The notes beneath the pieces were generated by a model, which saw nothing but the letters and a program-made list of their open reading frames with translations, was not told the DNA's origin and did not search any database. This document shows, in pieces, positions 1 through 13,215 of a DNA stretch of 64,000 nt (its first letter is position 1; each line of letters begins with the position of its first letter). This stretch comes from Entomortierella parvispora E1425. Lineage: Eukaryota > Fungi > Mortierellomycota. Made by a program: the position numbers and the translations under genes. Location of the stretch: assembly GCA_020891255.1 (NCBI GenBank), contig BQFW01000013.1, forward strand, positions 1,612,001-1,676,000. Direction: 5' to 3'.

Positions 1-350
1 ACAGTTATCTTCTGACCCATGCAGAAAAGAGACAATTGAGGGCGAAAGCAAGATACGTTGATAGCGCACCATCCATCGACCCCGTCCCCTGTCTTCCTGC
101 TAGATCTCTCTAGCGTCCAAAGTCGAGACCCGAAATTGACCGATCGACCATTCGATCAAGGCAGTCAGCCAACTACAGTGCACCATGGACTCTATCTCTA
201 TAGACAACAATGGCTTCTAGTGTTTTGTTGTTCTAGGGAGCCAAGTCGGCCACAGACAGACAGTCAGACAGGCGCGTGAAAACAATTCCCCATGCCACGC
301 GGACTTTAGGCGAGTGACGGGCCCAAATTTGAAACATAAAACAAGTCCTT

Positions 351-410
351 TAGTCCTTCAGTCCTTCATTCAGTCCTTCAGTCCTTCATTCAGTCATTCA
401 AGTCATTATT
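351..410. repeat. Short imperfect tandem repeat (CAGTCCTT/CATT units) in the 5' region of the first gene
   Basis: tagtccttca gtccttcatt cagtccttca gtccttcatt cagtcatt read directly. Confidence 0.8.
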
Positions 411-446
411 CATTTATTCTGCATCCGCATTGCCGCACTCGTCAGG

Positions 447-1690
447 ATGGACATGCTCGCTAATTACGCGAGTGAATCAGACTCGGACACGGAACATGTC
501 GCCTCGGTCAATGCGCCCAAGCAACAGGCGCCCATTCATAAGCATGAATCTCGGACCCATGCATCCGTTCCCTCCAATGGTGCCAACGAACCCTCTGTTC
601 CAGGAACCCGTTCTTTATCAGATCCCTCGGTGACACAAGCAGCAACAGGACCCACAGATCTACCTGGTGAAGATGTAGTCATGGATGATAGCAGCAAGCC
701 CGAGGATGAAGCTTTTATTTCGAATTCTTTGAAATTCCTTCAGGACTTTGCCGCCTCTGTGGATCCAAAACCCGATGTGGATCCAGACACTCAGGAATCA
801 ACAACCATGGACGAAGGGATCGGTGGGACAACACCAACTTCCTTGTCTGAGGCAGGACCAGTGGCTACTTTAGAGAACACAGTTGCAGACTCTTCCAAAG
901 ACGACGACCGGATACCGAGCCCTACCATCATGACGCCTGAGCAACAGGTTCTTTTCGATGCTTTCATGGCTCAGATTGATGCTCTTCCTCTTACACGTAA
1001 GGATCAAACACGGCCCCCTCTCTCTTCCAAACCAGGATCGTCAATGGAGTTGGATCTGAAATGGCAGCAGGAAGCGAGTGTGCAGTCCATTTACAGTCGA
1101 ATCCATCAGCTGTCCCTCTTGTCAAGTCCATTGCTTCAATCGCAGGCCAAGGAACTGGAGAAGGCTCTGATCAAGTTTGCAATTCGGATCTTGGATTGGG
1201 AGAAAAATGGCCTCAAACCCAGCTATTTTCTGGGAGAGCAGCGATCCGAGGCACTGAATCGCCGGAAGCAGCTGGATGCTCAGGACAATGATGGAGATGT
1301 GAGCATGGATGAGGATATGGAAAAGCAAGAGGAATCAAAACAGGACTCCAAAGAAACAGGAGAACTTCCCCCGTATGGTGGTGTCGTAGGCAGCATGCTG
1401 GAGACCATGACTAGAGTCGAGCAAGAGGCTGCCCCTTCTGAATGGAAGGTAATATGGGATCCACAGGAGGATGCCTACAAGTTTTTCCACATTAAATCAG
1501 TAAGTCATCCAACTCGTCCATTTGAACAGAAAAGGTCGGGCGGGAGGTGTTTATTAATCAAATGTTTATCTTGCAAATTGTCTAGGGAACTATCTCGACA
1601 TTATACCCATCCATCCAGCTTTTACATCAGCTGGACCCACCATCCTCAAAGTCAAAGAGCCCCCCTTGTTCACCGATCGACATACAATAA
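447..1690 (+). CDS. Acidic low-complexity protein with a C-terminal WW-like domain, 2 exons
   Basis: ORF 447+. GTAAGT donor at 1500 and TCTAG acceptor at 1585 join in phase 0, giving SEWKVIWDPQEDAYKFFHIKS-GTISTLYP (WW-like); stop at 1688-1690. Confidence 0.6.
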
Positions 1691-1763
1691 ATAGTGTGTA
1701 ATGTTGGTACAAAGCCCGTCCGATGGACGTGACCAAAAAGCAAAAATAGCGGCGGCCAATGAC

Positions 1764-3448
1764 TCAAGAATTGAAAACAGCATCCATGGTCTCGCGTTGT
1801 CGCCTCTCTTCTTCGCGCTGGGCGTGTCGAGCATCTAAGAAAAAGGAGGAAAATGGACATGTTAGTAACAGCCTCGATTCCGCGCAGGTCTTCAAGGAGA
1901 GAACGCAATCTGCTGTAAACGAACCTTTCGCGGCCTGAAGTAACGCCTTTTCTTCCGCAATTTGTTCAGGAGTCCGCCGTACGCGCAGTCCCAACGCACC
2001 TTGGACAAGTCGCCTTGCGACAGAGTCCGTTTTTTGCGGTCTTGCTCCATTGTACGCTCCACTGGATGGCTTTCCCTCGTTGCGAATAGTATCCTTGTCT
2101 GCTCCAGTATATGGCTTGATCTTGGCGATAGAGTTGTTGACATTGGCTGCATATGCTTGTTTCGCTATTTCCATTAAAAGCACGTTAATCTTCCATTCAA
2201 TTGATGTAGAAGAACCTATCCCCGATTAATATCAAATCATACCAACAGCTGCAGACTCAAAGATCACCAAGGCCTTGGTATCATCAACCCACTTTATCCG
2301 GAATCCACCTGCCCTGTTCTCGTACGCTGAGAACATGTCGGTCAAGTGCATGGTCTTGATACTGGAGGAAAACCCGTACAGCTCCAAGATATACATATCG
2401 TCATTGACAACTATAGCGCCATTGAATTAATGCAGACAGGTTAGTATCCAGTGGCCACGTGTGCATCTCCATGATTTTTTTTCCTCCGCGCTTCTCCCAA
2501 GGAGACGAGATATCGAAACGTACTGTCAGACCAATTGCCAACTTTGGACAACTTTGGACTTGAGCTGCGGCTACCACTACTACCGCTGCTCATCAAAATC
2601 TCTGCTGGGTGTGGACGCTCTGCATGCTTAGGCTTGGGTGCCACTATCCGTGGAGCTGCCTCATCACCATTATCATTATCCGATTGCTGGGCGGCGGCTA
2701 CTTCCCAGTCTTCCAATTCTTCCGAGCTCTCGGCGTCACCCTTGGAGGACCGGTCGTCGACATTGAGACGATCCAGTTGTTCTACCAGACCTGCTTCATC
2801 CGATGGCACCTCTTCTCTCCGCCACGAGCGTGCATCCGATCTGTTTTTGGAAGCCGAGCCATCATGGGAGCTCTGATCCTGTCCAGCACTGTTGCTATTG
2901 CCAATGGTGGTGGATCGAGTGTTGTTGTAGCTGTTGGACCTCGAAAAGGATGATCCCGGTCTATTTTCATCATCGCTATACCGTCTCAAAACTGTGGCAT
3001 CAAAATCGCGGCCTCGGGGAGCATGTCTAGGCACCGCAGGCTGCTGAAGATCCCGTTGGGGTTGTGAACTCATTGTACGATCCCTGCCATGCCTCCACCC
3101 GTTCCCGCCACCGCCAGTGCTTCCTCCTGCTCCACTCGAACCAGGGTTACCGCCATTGCCTCCTCCGGGGCCCATGAATTTGCCGCGGCCCCTCCGCTGG
3201 ACATCGCTGCTTGCGGATGAATTTCCCGATCGTGATCCATCCTCTGTTCCGGTAGGGGTACTGCTCCCACGCCATGGGGAGGACGACCCAGAGTTCAAGT
3301 CAGAGTCACCTGGGTCATTTGCTGGTGATGGTGATGTTGGGTTGCTAGGGCCGCCACTTGCGCCGCCTCCTCGTCTATGCCTTGGAACGTACACGCCGAC
3401 CTTGGGAGTTCGGCGTCCTTGGTTTGCGGAACTGCCTGAATCGGACAT
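1764..3448 (-). CDS. R3HCC1: R3HCC1-like RNA-binding protein (RRM-like domain + C-terminal coiled coil), 5 exons
   Basis: N-terminal VYVPRHRR; spliced exons give ILELYGF...FRIKWVDDTKALVIF and RPQKTDSVARRLVQGALGL, matching my recollection of the R3HCC1/R3HCC1L C-terminus; four GT-AG introns. Confidence 0.65.
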
Positions 3449-3805
3449 TACAATCTGTCAATGAGGGGTATGTTCTATGGAATGCAGACAGTGTTGCGTC
3501 TACGTCTGTCTATCTTGCAATGCGGGTGTATAAAGTGAAATCCTGCTCCGTGGCTGATCGCGATGGCTCCCGGAATGAACGCAACACACGGTCGAATGGA
3601 AGAAAACTGGGTTGGAAACAAAAAGGGATAAAAAGCGGTGCGGTGCCTCAATGGCCCAAAGAGGCCAGGCTGAGCAGCAAAGCCACCTGGCCCATGTGGA
3701 GATCTGGCCCTGGTCCTTTGGCGGGTGCATGGTCTCTCTCTCTTTCTCTTCATTCTCTTCATTCATCATCACAACAACCAGGAACGACTCCCGGATCACG
3801 GAACA

Positions 3806-5333
3806 ATGAGCTCAGTCACCTTTAAAGCAGGCACCGCCAAGAGGAGGAATTACCGCAAGCGCGAGACAACCCCAGACGAGGACAGTCCATCCTCAAACAC
3901 CGAGGCAGGCGACGAGTCATTGGCACAATCTAATGAGGAAGAAGGACTTTCGTATGTGAACACAGCTCCTATTCCAGTCACTACATGCTGTGCTGCAATA
4001 GCATTCGCATCCTCAGCAAAGTCCGTTGGCGCAAGACAGAGCATCCTGCTAACATCTTTTTTCACTGTTCTATGGCATTTTTTTATTTTATTTTTTTTCA
4101 TGTCCAGGTTAGAAGAATTGGTCGAACTTCGGAAACTGAGACAGCGGCCCACAGGTATCGCTGCAACAGATTTACTGGTGGGAGACACGACAGGAAAGAA
4201 AAAGAAAAAGGACAAGGCAGCAGCACCTGAGGATCCATGGAAGATGTCATCAGGAGGAGGACTGGTTGATCTGGACAAGGTTCGCGAAGGGTAATACATC
4301 AGATATGGAATGGATATTATTATACGGAGAAATCTCCCTGTCAATCGACTAACGTTGGCTGAATCCACTTTAATGATTGCAGGGATGCTTCAAAGTCGGC
4401 TGGAATCCTCAACTCGTTCACGAAACAGACAAACACTCTGGATGTAGACAAGCACATGATGAAGTACATTGAGGACGAGTTAAAGAAGCGTCGAGGCGAA
4501 ACAGGAGATGCAGAGGCTGACTTTAGAGATCAGGCACAAGAGCACCACGCAGACACAGATATTCTGGATGAACTGGGAATTAGGGTAAGGCCCACCTTAT
4601 TCAAATGAGTGCTAGCTCATGACTGGCGTGTTTGTTCTATTTGTACACGAGCAGACCACTGATTTCTTCCTCTCGTTTATTTCATTATTCTTCTCAACTA
4701 CAACAGCGGACGGCACCAAAACCTGAGCAGGAAGGAAACGTACAGCTGTCGACCACCATGCTCACCGCTATTCCAGAAGTTGATCTGGGCATGGAGTAAG
4801 TCAACGGATTTTCTTTCACACACTTTTTGTTTTCCATTGGTGATGACAGGGAGCCGCAAACTAACGCCAAGGCTGCCTTTTTTTCATTAATTTCCTACCT
4901 AGGGCACGACTGAAGAACATTGAGGACACAGAAAAAGCGAAACGCAAGTTGCTTGAAGAACGCTCTACTACGAGGATAAACACTGAAAGAGTAGGTCATG
5001 GACAGGAATGATACCGGATCGTCTTTTTGTTTCTCAAAAAGTCAGATGTTAACATGGATCCCTTTTTTTTTTTTTTTTTATTAGTTTTCTGCACCAGCCT
5101 ATGTCCCTTCAGATCGGGAGAGAGTATCTCACCACCAACAAAACAACCGACGCAACAACAACAGCAACAGCAACAACCAAAATAATAATTTAAATAGCGG
5201 CATGGATGCAGGCATCGCCAACCATCGATTCCACAACGTAAATAGTGACCAGAATCGCAGAGGAGGCGCTGGTCGTGGCATGGCAACAGACGATATGGTG
5301 ATGGAGCGATTCAAGAAACGCATGCGTCGCTAG
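3806..5333 (+). CDS. C9orf78: C9orf78/Tls1 (HCA59 family) spliceosome-associated protein, multi-exon
   Basis: Motifs LEELVELRKLRQRPTGI, FTKQTNTLDVDKHMMKYIEDELKKRRG, AIPEVDLG, RLKNIEDTEKAK and terminal ATDDMVMERFKKRMRR*; head-to-head with the previous gene. Confidence 0.85.
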
Positions 5334-5785
5334 AACCTTCGAGAACGCGAGGCGTTTCTCACGTCTACTGCATTGTTTGCCTGATTTGGCTTCGATCTAC
5401 GGGCTGAGCAAATTAAAAAACTGGCCATACTTGCCATATTGTGAAATGTTATCAGATCCATCGAAGACTTTTCTTTGTCCTTGGCTGCCAGCCAACCTGC
5501 AATGAATGGCATGTAAATGAAGGTACGGTACCGAGAGAAGATAAGAGAGAGGGAGAGGGAGCGTGTGTACGTGTGTGTGTATGTGTGTATGTGTGTATGT
5601 GTGTGTATGTGTGAGTATGTGGGATGTGGGAAATACAGAGCAGAGATTTGTACTTGCCCGCCAGTAGGGGAGATGACCAATGGACGCAAGAGAGACCCAA
5701 AAGGGCTATTTTTCAAAGTCAAGCACTCACTCGTTCATTCTTGACTCACATCTCTCTACTCTTGACTCCATCTCCACTCTACATC

Positions 5786-6833
5786 ATGTCTGAATCTCCC
5801 CGCCCTTCCCCCAAGGCATCCGTCATTGTGCGCCTCGCCAAGCCCGAGGACATTGCACAGATCACCCAGATCCACTCTGTCATCAACAGAGCCTACAGAT
5901 CAGGTAATCCCATCCCCCCCAACCCCATCGCTTTGTCATACAGAACCAGGAAGAAGGAACCCAAAAGAATTCTCCGAGGAAAGAGGCCATGAAATGAAAC
6001 TCCAGCTGGTCTCTTGGCCGTCGCTGCTCGTCTCTGAAGCGCTTTGTGTGTATGTGTGGTAGGGTGTGTCTGCTTGTTCCTAACCTTCCCTGTGCCTTTC
6101 TCTCTCCCGCGCATACAATAGAGGGCGGCTGGACCACCGAGGCCCACTTGGGTAAGCTAGCTTTGCCACCAGTCTCGATCTAAGGACTGGCCTGATCCTC
6201 GTTTTTGACTTGACTGTGCCGTCAATTGACCTGCAGGGCTGCTTGTTGCCACTTGCTCCCGCTCGTCATTGTCCTGTGCCATTCCTGTCGTTTGTCCTTG
6301 CTTGTTCGATCACCTAATTGCTTCCCCCTCTCTCTTGCCTATGCTTACACCTCTCCCTCCTAGTCTCTGAGGAGCGCTGCTCTATTGACGAGCTCAAGGG
6401 CGCCATTCTCGACAAGGTGAACCCTCTGTTGTTGGCCTTTGATTCCGAGACGAACGAGCCCCTCGGCACTCTCCAATTGGACCCCGCAGAGACCTACCCC
6501 GACTTTGGCGAGTACAAGGCCGAGGGTTACAATTGCACACACGTCGAGTCCACGCCCAAGGATCAGCAGATCTTTGTCGGTTTGTTCTCTGTCGATCCTT
6601 TGCAACAGTCGAGGGGAATTGGTCGCAAGTTGGTGGACGAGGCGTTGCGCCATGCCAAGGAGAGCATGGGCCGGAAGCAGGCGGTCGTGTATGTGATTCT
6701 CCAGAGACCCGAGTTGGTGTCGTGGTACAAGAAGCTAGGCTTTGTGGACTATGGCGAGAAGGTTCCCTTCCCAGATGCAAGCCGTATCAAGCAGGAGGAC
6801 ATCCACTTTTCAGTGTTGCGTCTTGCCCTTTGA
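5786..6833 (+). CDS. GNAT-family N-acetyltransferase, 3 exons (~205 aa) including a 30-nt micro-exon
   Basis: VINRAYRS | EGGWTTEAHL (6122-6151) | VSEER... join in phase 1; acetyl-CoA motif FSVDPLQQSRGIGRKL and WYKKLGF. Confidence 0.85.
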
Positions 6834-7217
6834 AAGAAAAATATAAAAAAAAAGTGATAGGAGAGTGAGCAAAGAACGAAAAAAGACTGTAGAACAGTCA
6901 GTGTGTTTGTTTGATGTGGAGTTTAGGAGAATAAACACAAACAGTGGCCCTACTCAATTCTCTCGGACGTAAAATTACAAATTTTATATCGAATGCGCTT
7001 TGTGCCAACCTCCACAATTGCAACACCAAAAACATATGGTGATTTTTTTTATCATGCCGCGATTGAGAAGGGCCAGTGGATCAGCAACTCGTTGTCCACG
7101 TACGGTGTCTGTCACCAAGAGAAATGCAAAGTAAACAAAGTAAGTGACGGGTTAAGTCTCAGGCTAATAGTAAAGATATGACACAGCATCGATTTGACCT
7201 GATGATACTTACGTAAT

Positions 7218-10200
7218 CTAAACCACGTTTAGTTCGTCGTCGCATCGCCCGGATGGATTTGGAAGTTGTGTTTCCGGTCTTGTTGATCCGGTGTTGGTGA
7301 GGGGGTGCGACCAAAGTCGCTTGGTGGTTGTGGAGAATGGAGGGAGTGTGGTCCTCTCGGTAGTGGTAAGCTGGGTGTATCCGGCAACGGCGATGTTGAG
7401 GGCGGCATTTTGATCACGGCCCCTGATCGTATAGCCGCAACGATGCGAAATACACTCAGGATTGGTACATTCCACGGCGCCATTCAGGCGAACGAGCTTC
7501 ATTGTTCCCTTCTTCATCCTCCGGCCTCGTGCAAGTCGAATTGGCCTGAAGCAGAATGGGCAGGTTTTTGAAGAGTTGTGCTCATTTGTTTTACCCACGG
7601 GCCCATGGTTCTTGTGTCTGCGGGGTATTTCGTTCCCGCCCATCCTGCAGTTGCCCTTCAGTCTAGAGCCTACCCCCATGCCGGCAGCCCCGTGAAAAAA
7701 GAGTGGAATGACGACTGGAAGAGATTTTGGACAGCTTCTCAGGTGTTTTAGGACAAGTCGTTTTCCAGTCGGATGAGTCGGGTCTGCAACGAGCTCCGGT
7801 CTATGGTGGGTTCCGCACGATGAACAAAAGCCGTTGGACTTGCGCTGAGCTGCTGCAAGTGATATCGATGACGATGGTGTGGACGGCAGATCTGTTGCGA
7901 TTTCCTGACCCGTCGCCGCTTGATTGCCTAATGAACACCCCATAGTAACAAAGATCTTGGATTAGTACGACTGGTGCTAGGGAGCACTGTAGTAGTCTGA
8001 ACATTAGTCGGCTTACCCTGACCCAGTTTCTTGAACGCTTGTCGCTCTTTCGATGCCATGTGGTCATACGTCCGTTTCAGCCGTCGTGCGACATTTCTTT
8101 TCTTTCTGGTCATGCTTTTTGAGTACTCAAAGGCGCGGAGTCTGTCCCTGGCTTTTCGGCGGTTCGTGGCGGACTTTTTAAAATCGGCGACAGTCCTTGC
8201 TTTGTGAGGAGAACTTTCACCCAGTTCAGAAAACAGGGGCTCAATGTGTTGATTTCTCTCGAGTGCGCTCTTTCTGGTCTTTGCCTGTTGTGTAAGTCCT
8301 GACAAATGGCGGATCTTTGCCACGGTCGTTTTGTGGGTATCCGGAATTTTGATCTGGGCGAGCGCCCCCTTCCTGCTCACTTTCAGTGCCTCCTCAAAGA
8401 CATTCTGGTCTGCGATAGCCTCTGGAGGACTGTCGGATTCATCCGAGAGTAGATGGAACCGGTTCTGAAGGCTGATAAGAGTTGATTCAGATATGACTAC
8501 TGTCTCGAAGAGAGTCTTCGAACCAGGGTCCGTTCCTCCAGGAACCAGAGTCATCTGGCGGGTACCCGTCCTCTCATTGTTCGCTGCAATATCCTCTCTG
8601 AGTTTGCTGATGCATGTAGCTTCAATGTAGTCCATTGACCCTGGCCGTGCTCCAGAGGGCATCGATGTGTATGGCGACTTTGGAGATTCCGCAGCACTGG
8701 TGGTGACATTGACATTGGCGCTGGTGCCCTCAGTGGATGTGGATCCAACCCTTGTAGCAGACCTTTTTCTCCCCTTTGATCTAGCACGCGGCGACGACGT
8801 CGAAGGTGTGGTCGAGTCTGCTTTCTCTCTCGAATACTTGTTCAGTGCGTATTTTTCTTCCTTGAGGTTTTTGATTTCCAGTACCAGTGGAACTGTAAGT
8901 GCTCGAGTGCTCTGAACAAGTTTGCGTTGCTCCCACAAATCGCGGTAGGCTTGCTGGATAGACTCTGCAGTGACCGGTTCTGGAGTACTATCGTAGACGC
9001 CTTCATCTACTTCCATCTCCACCTGTTCAGCTGAGACACGACCAGCATCGGCCACAACTTCGTTATCCACGTCCATGGTTTTCAGAGTTGCCATACGATC
9101 ATACATGGTGTTACTCAAAAGACATTGGCGCTTTGTCTGCTTCGTCACGGTGCGGTTAAGTTGTCGAAGCTCGTTCGTCTTCACCTTCAGAGTCTCCTCA
9201 ACCTTTTGAGCGAGTTCTTTGGCCCTCGCTGCCGAGATACCTGACGATATGAGATCCTGTTGGCGAGAGGGATGTTTGGAGCTGGTCGACGGCTTGATGT
9301 GCTTCTTCTTTTTTTCCGACCATAAATCTGGCGCAGCGTCTTTCGTTGTCTTGGAACCAAGGATTTGCACTGTCCATGGGTTGACATACTGAAGTCTGGA
9401 GTTGGAGGAGAATGGTAGAGCAATGTCAATTCAGATTCCTTATTTCAGTGTAGCACAGAACGATCGGAATAGCCCCTACCTGTTTTCGAATTTAAGGTGA
9501 TGTTTCCCACAGATGTCGTGTATGAGTTCCAAGTCGAAAAATGCGCCGAGAATAGTCTTCTCGTTGTTTTTCACTCGGTTCACATATGACACTGTCATGC
9601 CGTTGCTCTTAACGTCGAAGTGCCCTGGATCTTCTGCACACAATACCTCGCAGATCCCTTTCAGGTTCAGTGGGAGTGGGTGAGATTTGCCACATGAGGA
9701 AATTGGGAACAACAGACGAGTGAAGTCGGAAAAGCCCATTGCGCGCAGTAGGTGATTGGCGAGCATGCAGAAAGGGCCCAACACGAGAATATGTTCATGT
9801 AGCTTGTTTTCGTCATCTCGTTTTGGAGTATAGGGTCGCAGTTGGTTGACAATTTGGACGACCGTGCTGACTTCAGTATCGTTGAACATTTCCTCATCAA
9901 AGAGGTATTCACGAACGAATGCCGGCGTAACCTGAGAAGGGCAGTCAGATTTGTCAAGCAAGAGGCAGGTGACAGCCTCCAGCCCACGAAGGTGTTTGCC
10001 TGTTGGTTCCAAAGCATCTACAAAACAAGTCGTTATTGTTAGGGCGACATCTGAGTTTGTGATGTATTTCAAAGCCAAACTTTTTTGCCTTACCTCTGAC
10101 GACCTCCGGTTCGGGTGCCGATTCCGTCTCTGCCTGGTCTAAGCCGTCTTCCTCTTGACACTCGCCATCAAAGTCGTCTTCCTCCTGAAGATCACACTCG

Positions 10201-13073
10201 CCATCAAAGTCATCCCCTTCCTGAGCCAACTCTATGATGTCGTACGAAGTCGGAATTACTTCGCTGTTGCTACTTTGATCATTGCTACCGCCCCGGTCAA
10301 GTTTGAGCTTGAGATCACCAATGTCCTTATCTGCAGCTTTGGTCTTGTCAACAACATCTCTGAGCAGTCGGAAGACGTTGCTGACCCTAGCAATCCGGGA
10401 CTGCCTATCCTTCAAGTCGAGAGGATCCCGCAACTCCAAGATGTTACCATTCCAAGCCGTCTTGCAGGTGCTGATGGCCTCGTCCAGTTGAACAAGCACC
10501 TTCTTTGCTGTCCAGCGGTAGGCTTTTCTGCGCACATACGGACTTTTCAATTTCTCGGCTGCCTCTGACGCCTTGTTTTCCGCGAACCTCTTCTTCTGAT
10601 CTCTATATCGCTGCTCCCCAAGCGGTCGAAGATGAAGTCGCAACAAGTAACGGACAACCGCCCGTTTGAGGTCGAGATATAGCTTTGCCTTCCAAATGTT
10701 ATGGTAGCTGGTGGCAATTGTCTTTAAGACCTCTGGGCGTGATTGAGACATGCCTTTTGGACATACAGCATTCTTGGCAAACTCATCATCTCCACTCCAC
10801 GCTTGTCTGACGAAAGCCGCCAATTCGTTCCAAACAGGGTGCGTCAAAGCTTTTGCGGACTGGCTGGCATTGGTGGAAGGCCGTTGGCGCTTGGTGCCTG
10901 CCGATAACGATGGCTTTGTTAGAGTGCTTGGGCCAGATTCGCACACGTCGTGGTCATCTTCCTCTGGATCTTGGTCAGATACCTCGGCGTCGCTACCATC
11001 TGAACCAAAGTCTTCGTTATCACTGCCAGGCTTCTGTTTTTTTTTTGATTTGCCTTTTTCGGAAACTTCTTGTACGAGCCGTGCTGCGATATACACGATA
11101 CAATCGTGATTGAACAGGTCCTTGCTGTCCCTTTCGAATGGTGACCTCCGAGCGTCCTCGTTACAATATCTCTTTACGTTCAGCTGGAAATCGTCTGCAA
11201 CCAGGGGGACTTTGATAGAAGGACTCTCCATGAGATCGGTATCGCGGATTTTAAAAGCCTCAGGGAGAATTTGACGAATATCGAATTCATTGGTGGAGCC
11301 TTGCTCGGAATGAAACCGTCCTTGCAGCACCTACAAACCATAAAAGGATCACTTACGGTCAATTGCCAGCTCATGATGCTCCACCAGTGCATGTCCATTC
11401 GTTCACTAACCTCTAGTTGGGCCATGGCGAGTGCCGACTGGAGCTCCTCCATATGAGATGACATTGCTTCCTGTTTTTGAGTCAGCAATTCTTTGATGGC
11501 CGTTTTATCGGCATCTTGAAAGTCTTTTCGCAGAATCTTCTCTAATGGTACGGAGATGGTTCGCAGCTGGACCTCAAGCTCCTTCTCCTTTGGCACAGAG
11601 TCCGCCTTTGACCGGTGCTTGTTCAGGGCCTTTTGCCATAGCTCATCAAAGTTATCTCGAACCGTCTGGAGATATTCGTGATGCGGAGCCCAGTCTTCTT
11701 GCTCTTCCATTTTGTCGGCGATGTCGTTTTTCTCCTTCTTCATTTTTTTGGCGACATCACCTGCATCCCAACTGCCTGGGGCCATATCGTGAGCGGGCTC
11801 TATGACAGATGTTGTTTTGGCTAGGACTGTTTGAGGCGTCCTGACTCGGCGTAGTTCCTTAGACTTCATGGTGTCGCATTTAGTTCGCAGAGATTGGTCA
11901 TCGACACCCTTGACTTTGAGCGCCTTTTTAACTTGCATGTCGATCTCGTTTGTCAAAAAGCTGCGGCTAGTTGAAGAGTCGTTATTGTAAGGATGATTTA
12001 TTGTAAGGATGATTTCAGAACAAAACAAAAAAAGCAAAAACGATTTGGATATAAATACTAATGAGCTTACCATTCGACTGTAAGTGCTGGCATTGCCACA
12101 TCCATCTTAATTTTTTTCGGAAAATCCCTTGACTGATTCTTCTTCTTGAAGGATCTAAATTCCGCAAGCCCGGGGCGACACAGATCCAGTGGTTGCTCTT
12201 GCGGCGGGTTTCGAAGGAGCGGCCTGGGAAGACTTTGTGAAACGAGAGAGCAGGAGAGAGGCGAGTATGTCGAGACTTGTTCGAAGGAGTTGCCCACGTG
12301 CAAAATACCGACATACAAACAAGGCGGTCCTGTTGGTTTGTAAACTTGGGTGTGTAGCCGTGTGGATGGAATAACAATGACGACATTGAGGAGTTCGGCC
12401 AGGCGTCGTAGTAATAGCCTTGTAGGGGGTAGGTCCAAAAATTCGCTATTGGTGTCCTCCATGTGCCCGATGCTTATCCTGAAGTTTGTTGTCAGTACTT
12501 TGTTCAAGACGCCAGCAATTATTCCCGCAAGACTCTCTGCTCCATCATCAACGACAAGACCGTACGCGTCTTGTAGGACCTTTAAAGTTCCGCCAATTTT
12601 TTCGTTGCGAGGCAACGGCTCGGGCTCATCACAGACGCGCATCAGTTGACGCTCAAGCGAGAGGTCTTGTGGTTCAAGTCTTAAGCATGCGTGGGCTCGT
12701 TTCAAGAATTCGTCATCGTCTTGAAACGTAATGGATACCTGCAAATGAAGAAGGGCATTAGCATTCCAAGCATTTTCGAAGTCTGTTGTTGTCTAGCTGT
12801 GGAGTCAATGAGGGTTGACCGTCATCGTAGTAAACATACCGAATTGTCCGTCGATTCCAGGACTTCAAGTTGTTCCACGAAGGACTCGCCGGGATCGTCG
12901 TCTAATATTGTGTCGTAATCGTCTCCTTCCATTGTTCGGGAATGGCGGTGAAGAGGGCAAGGCGCAGGAAAAAGTCCGCGCGCACAGAGCGCGTTCATCA
13001 GAGCACCTTCAAACTTAAGGGGTATATTTTTGTGATCTTTCAGCTTAATTTTTACGAATGAGATCAGTTTCAT
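7218..13073 (-). CDS. Giant intron-containing Fanzor (TnpB-like RuvC nuclease), 7 exons, ~1,773 aa, frame intact
   Basis: Exons 13073-12840, 12738-12071, 11966-11411, 11330-10094, 10017-9480, 9395-8017, 7927-7218 join through six phase-compatible GT-AG introns (5,322 nt). RuvC-I GTDPG (8528-8530), FFHG strand, TNEHNSSKTCPFC (E 7581-7583), CTNPEC, RuvC-III RDQNAALNI (D 7413-7415). Confidence 0.85.
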
Positions 13074-13215
13074 TGATCGCAGAAGATATGATCACGTGGT
13101 GTTGTCTTTAGATGACTTCAACCGTATTTTTTTTTCTTGAACTGTTGCGTACGGGGGCAGGCTTGAGGGGCGCTGTGCGGGATATGGCAATCCTAGGTGA
13201 CGAGTGAGAATCAGA

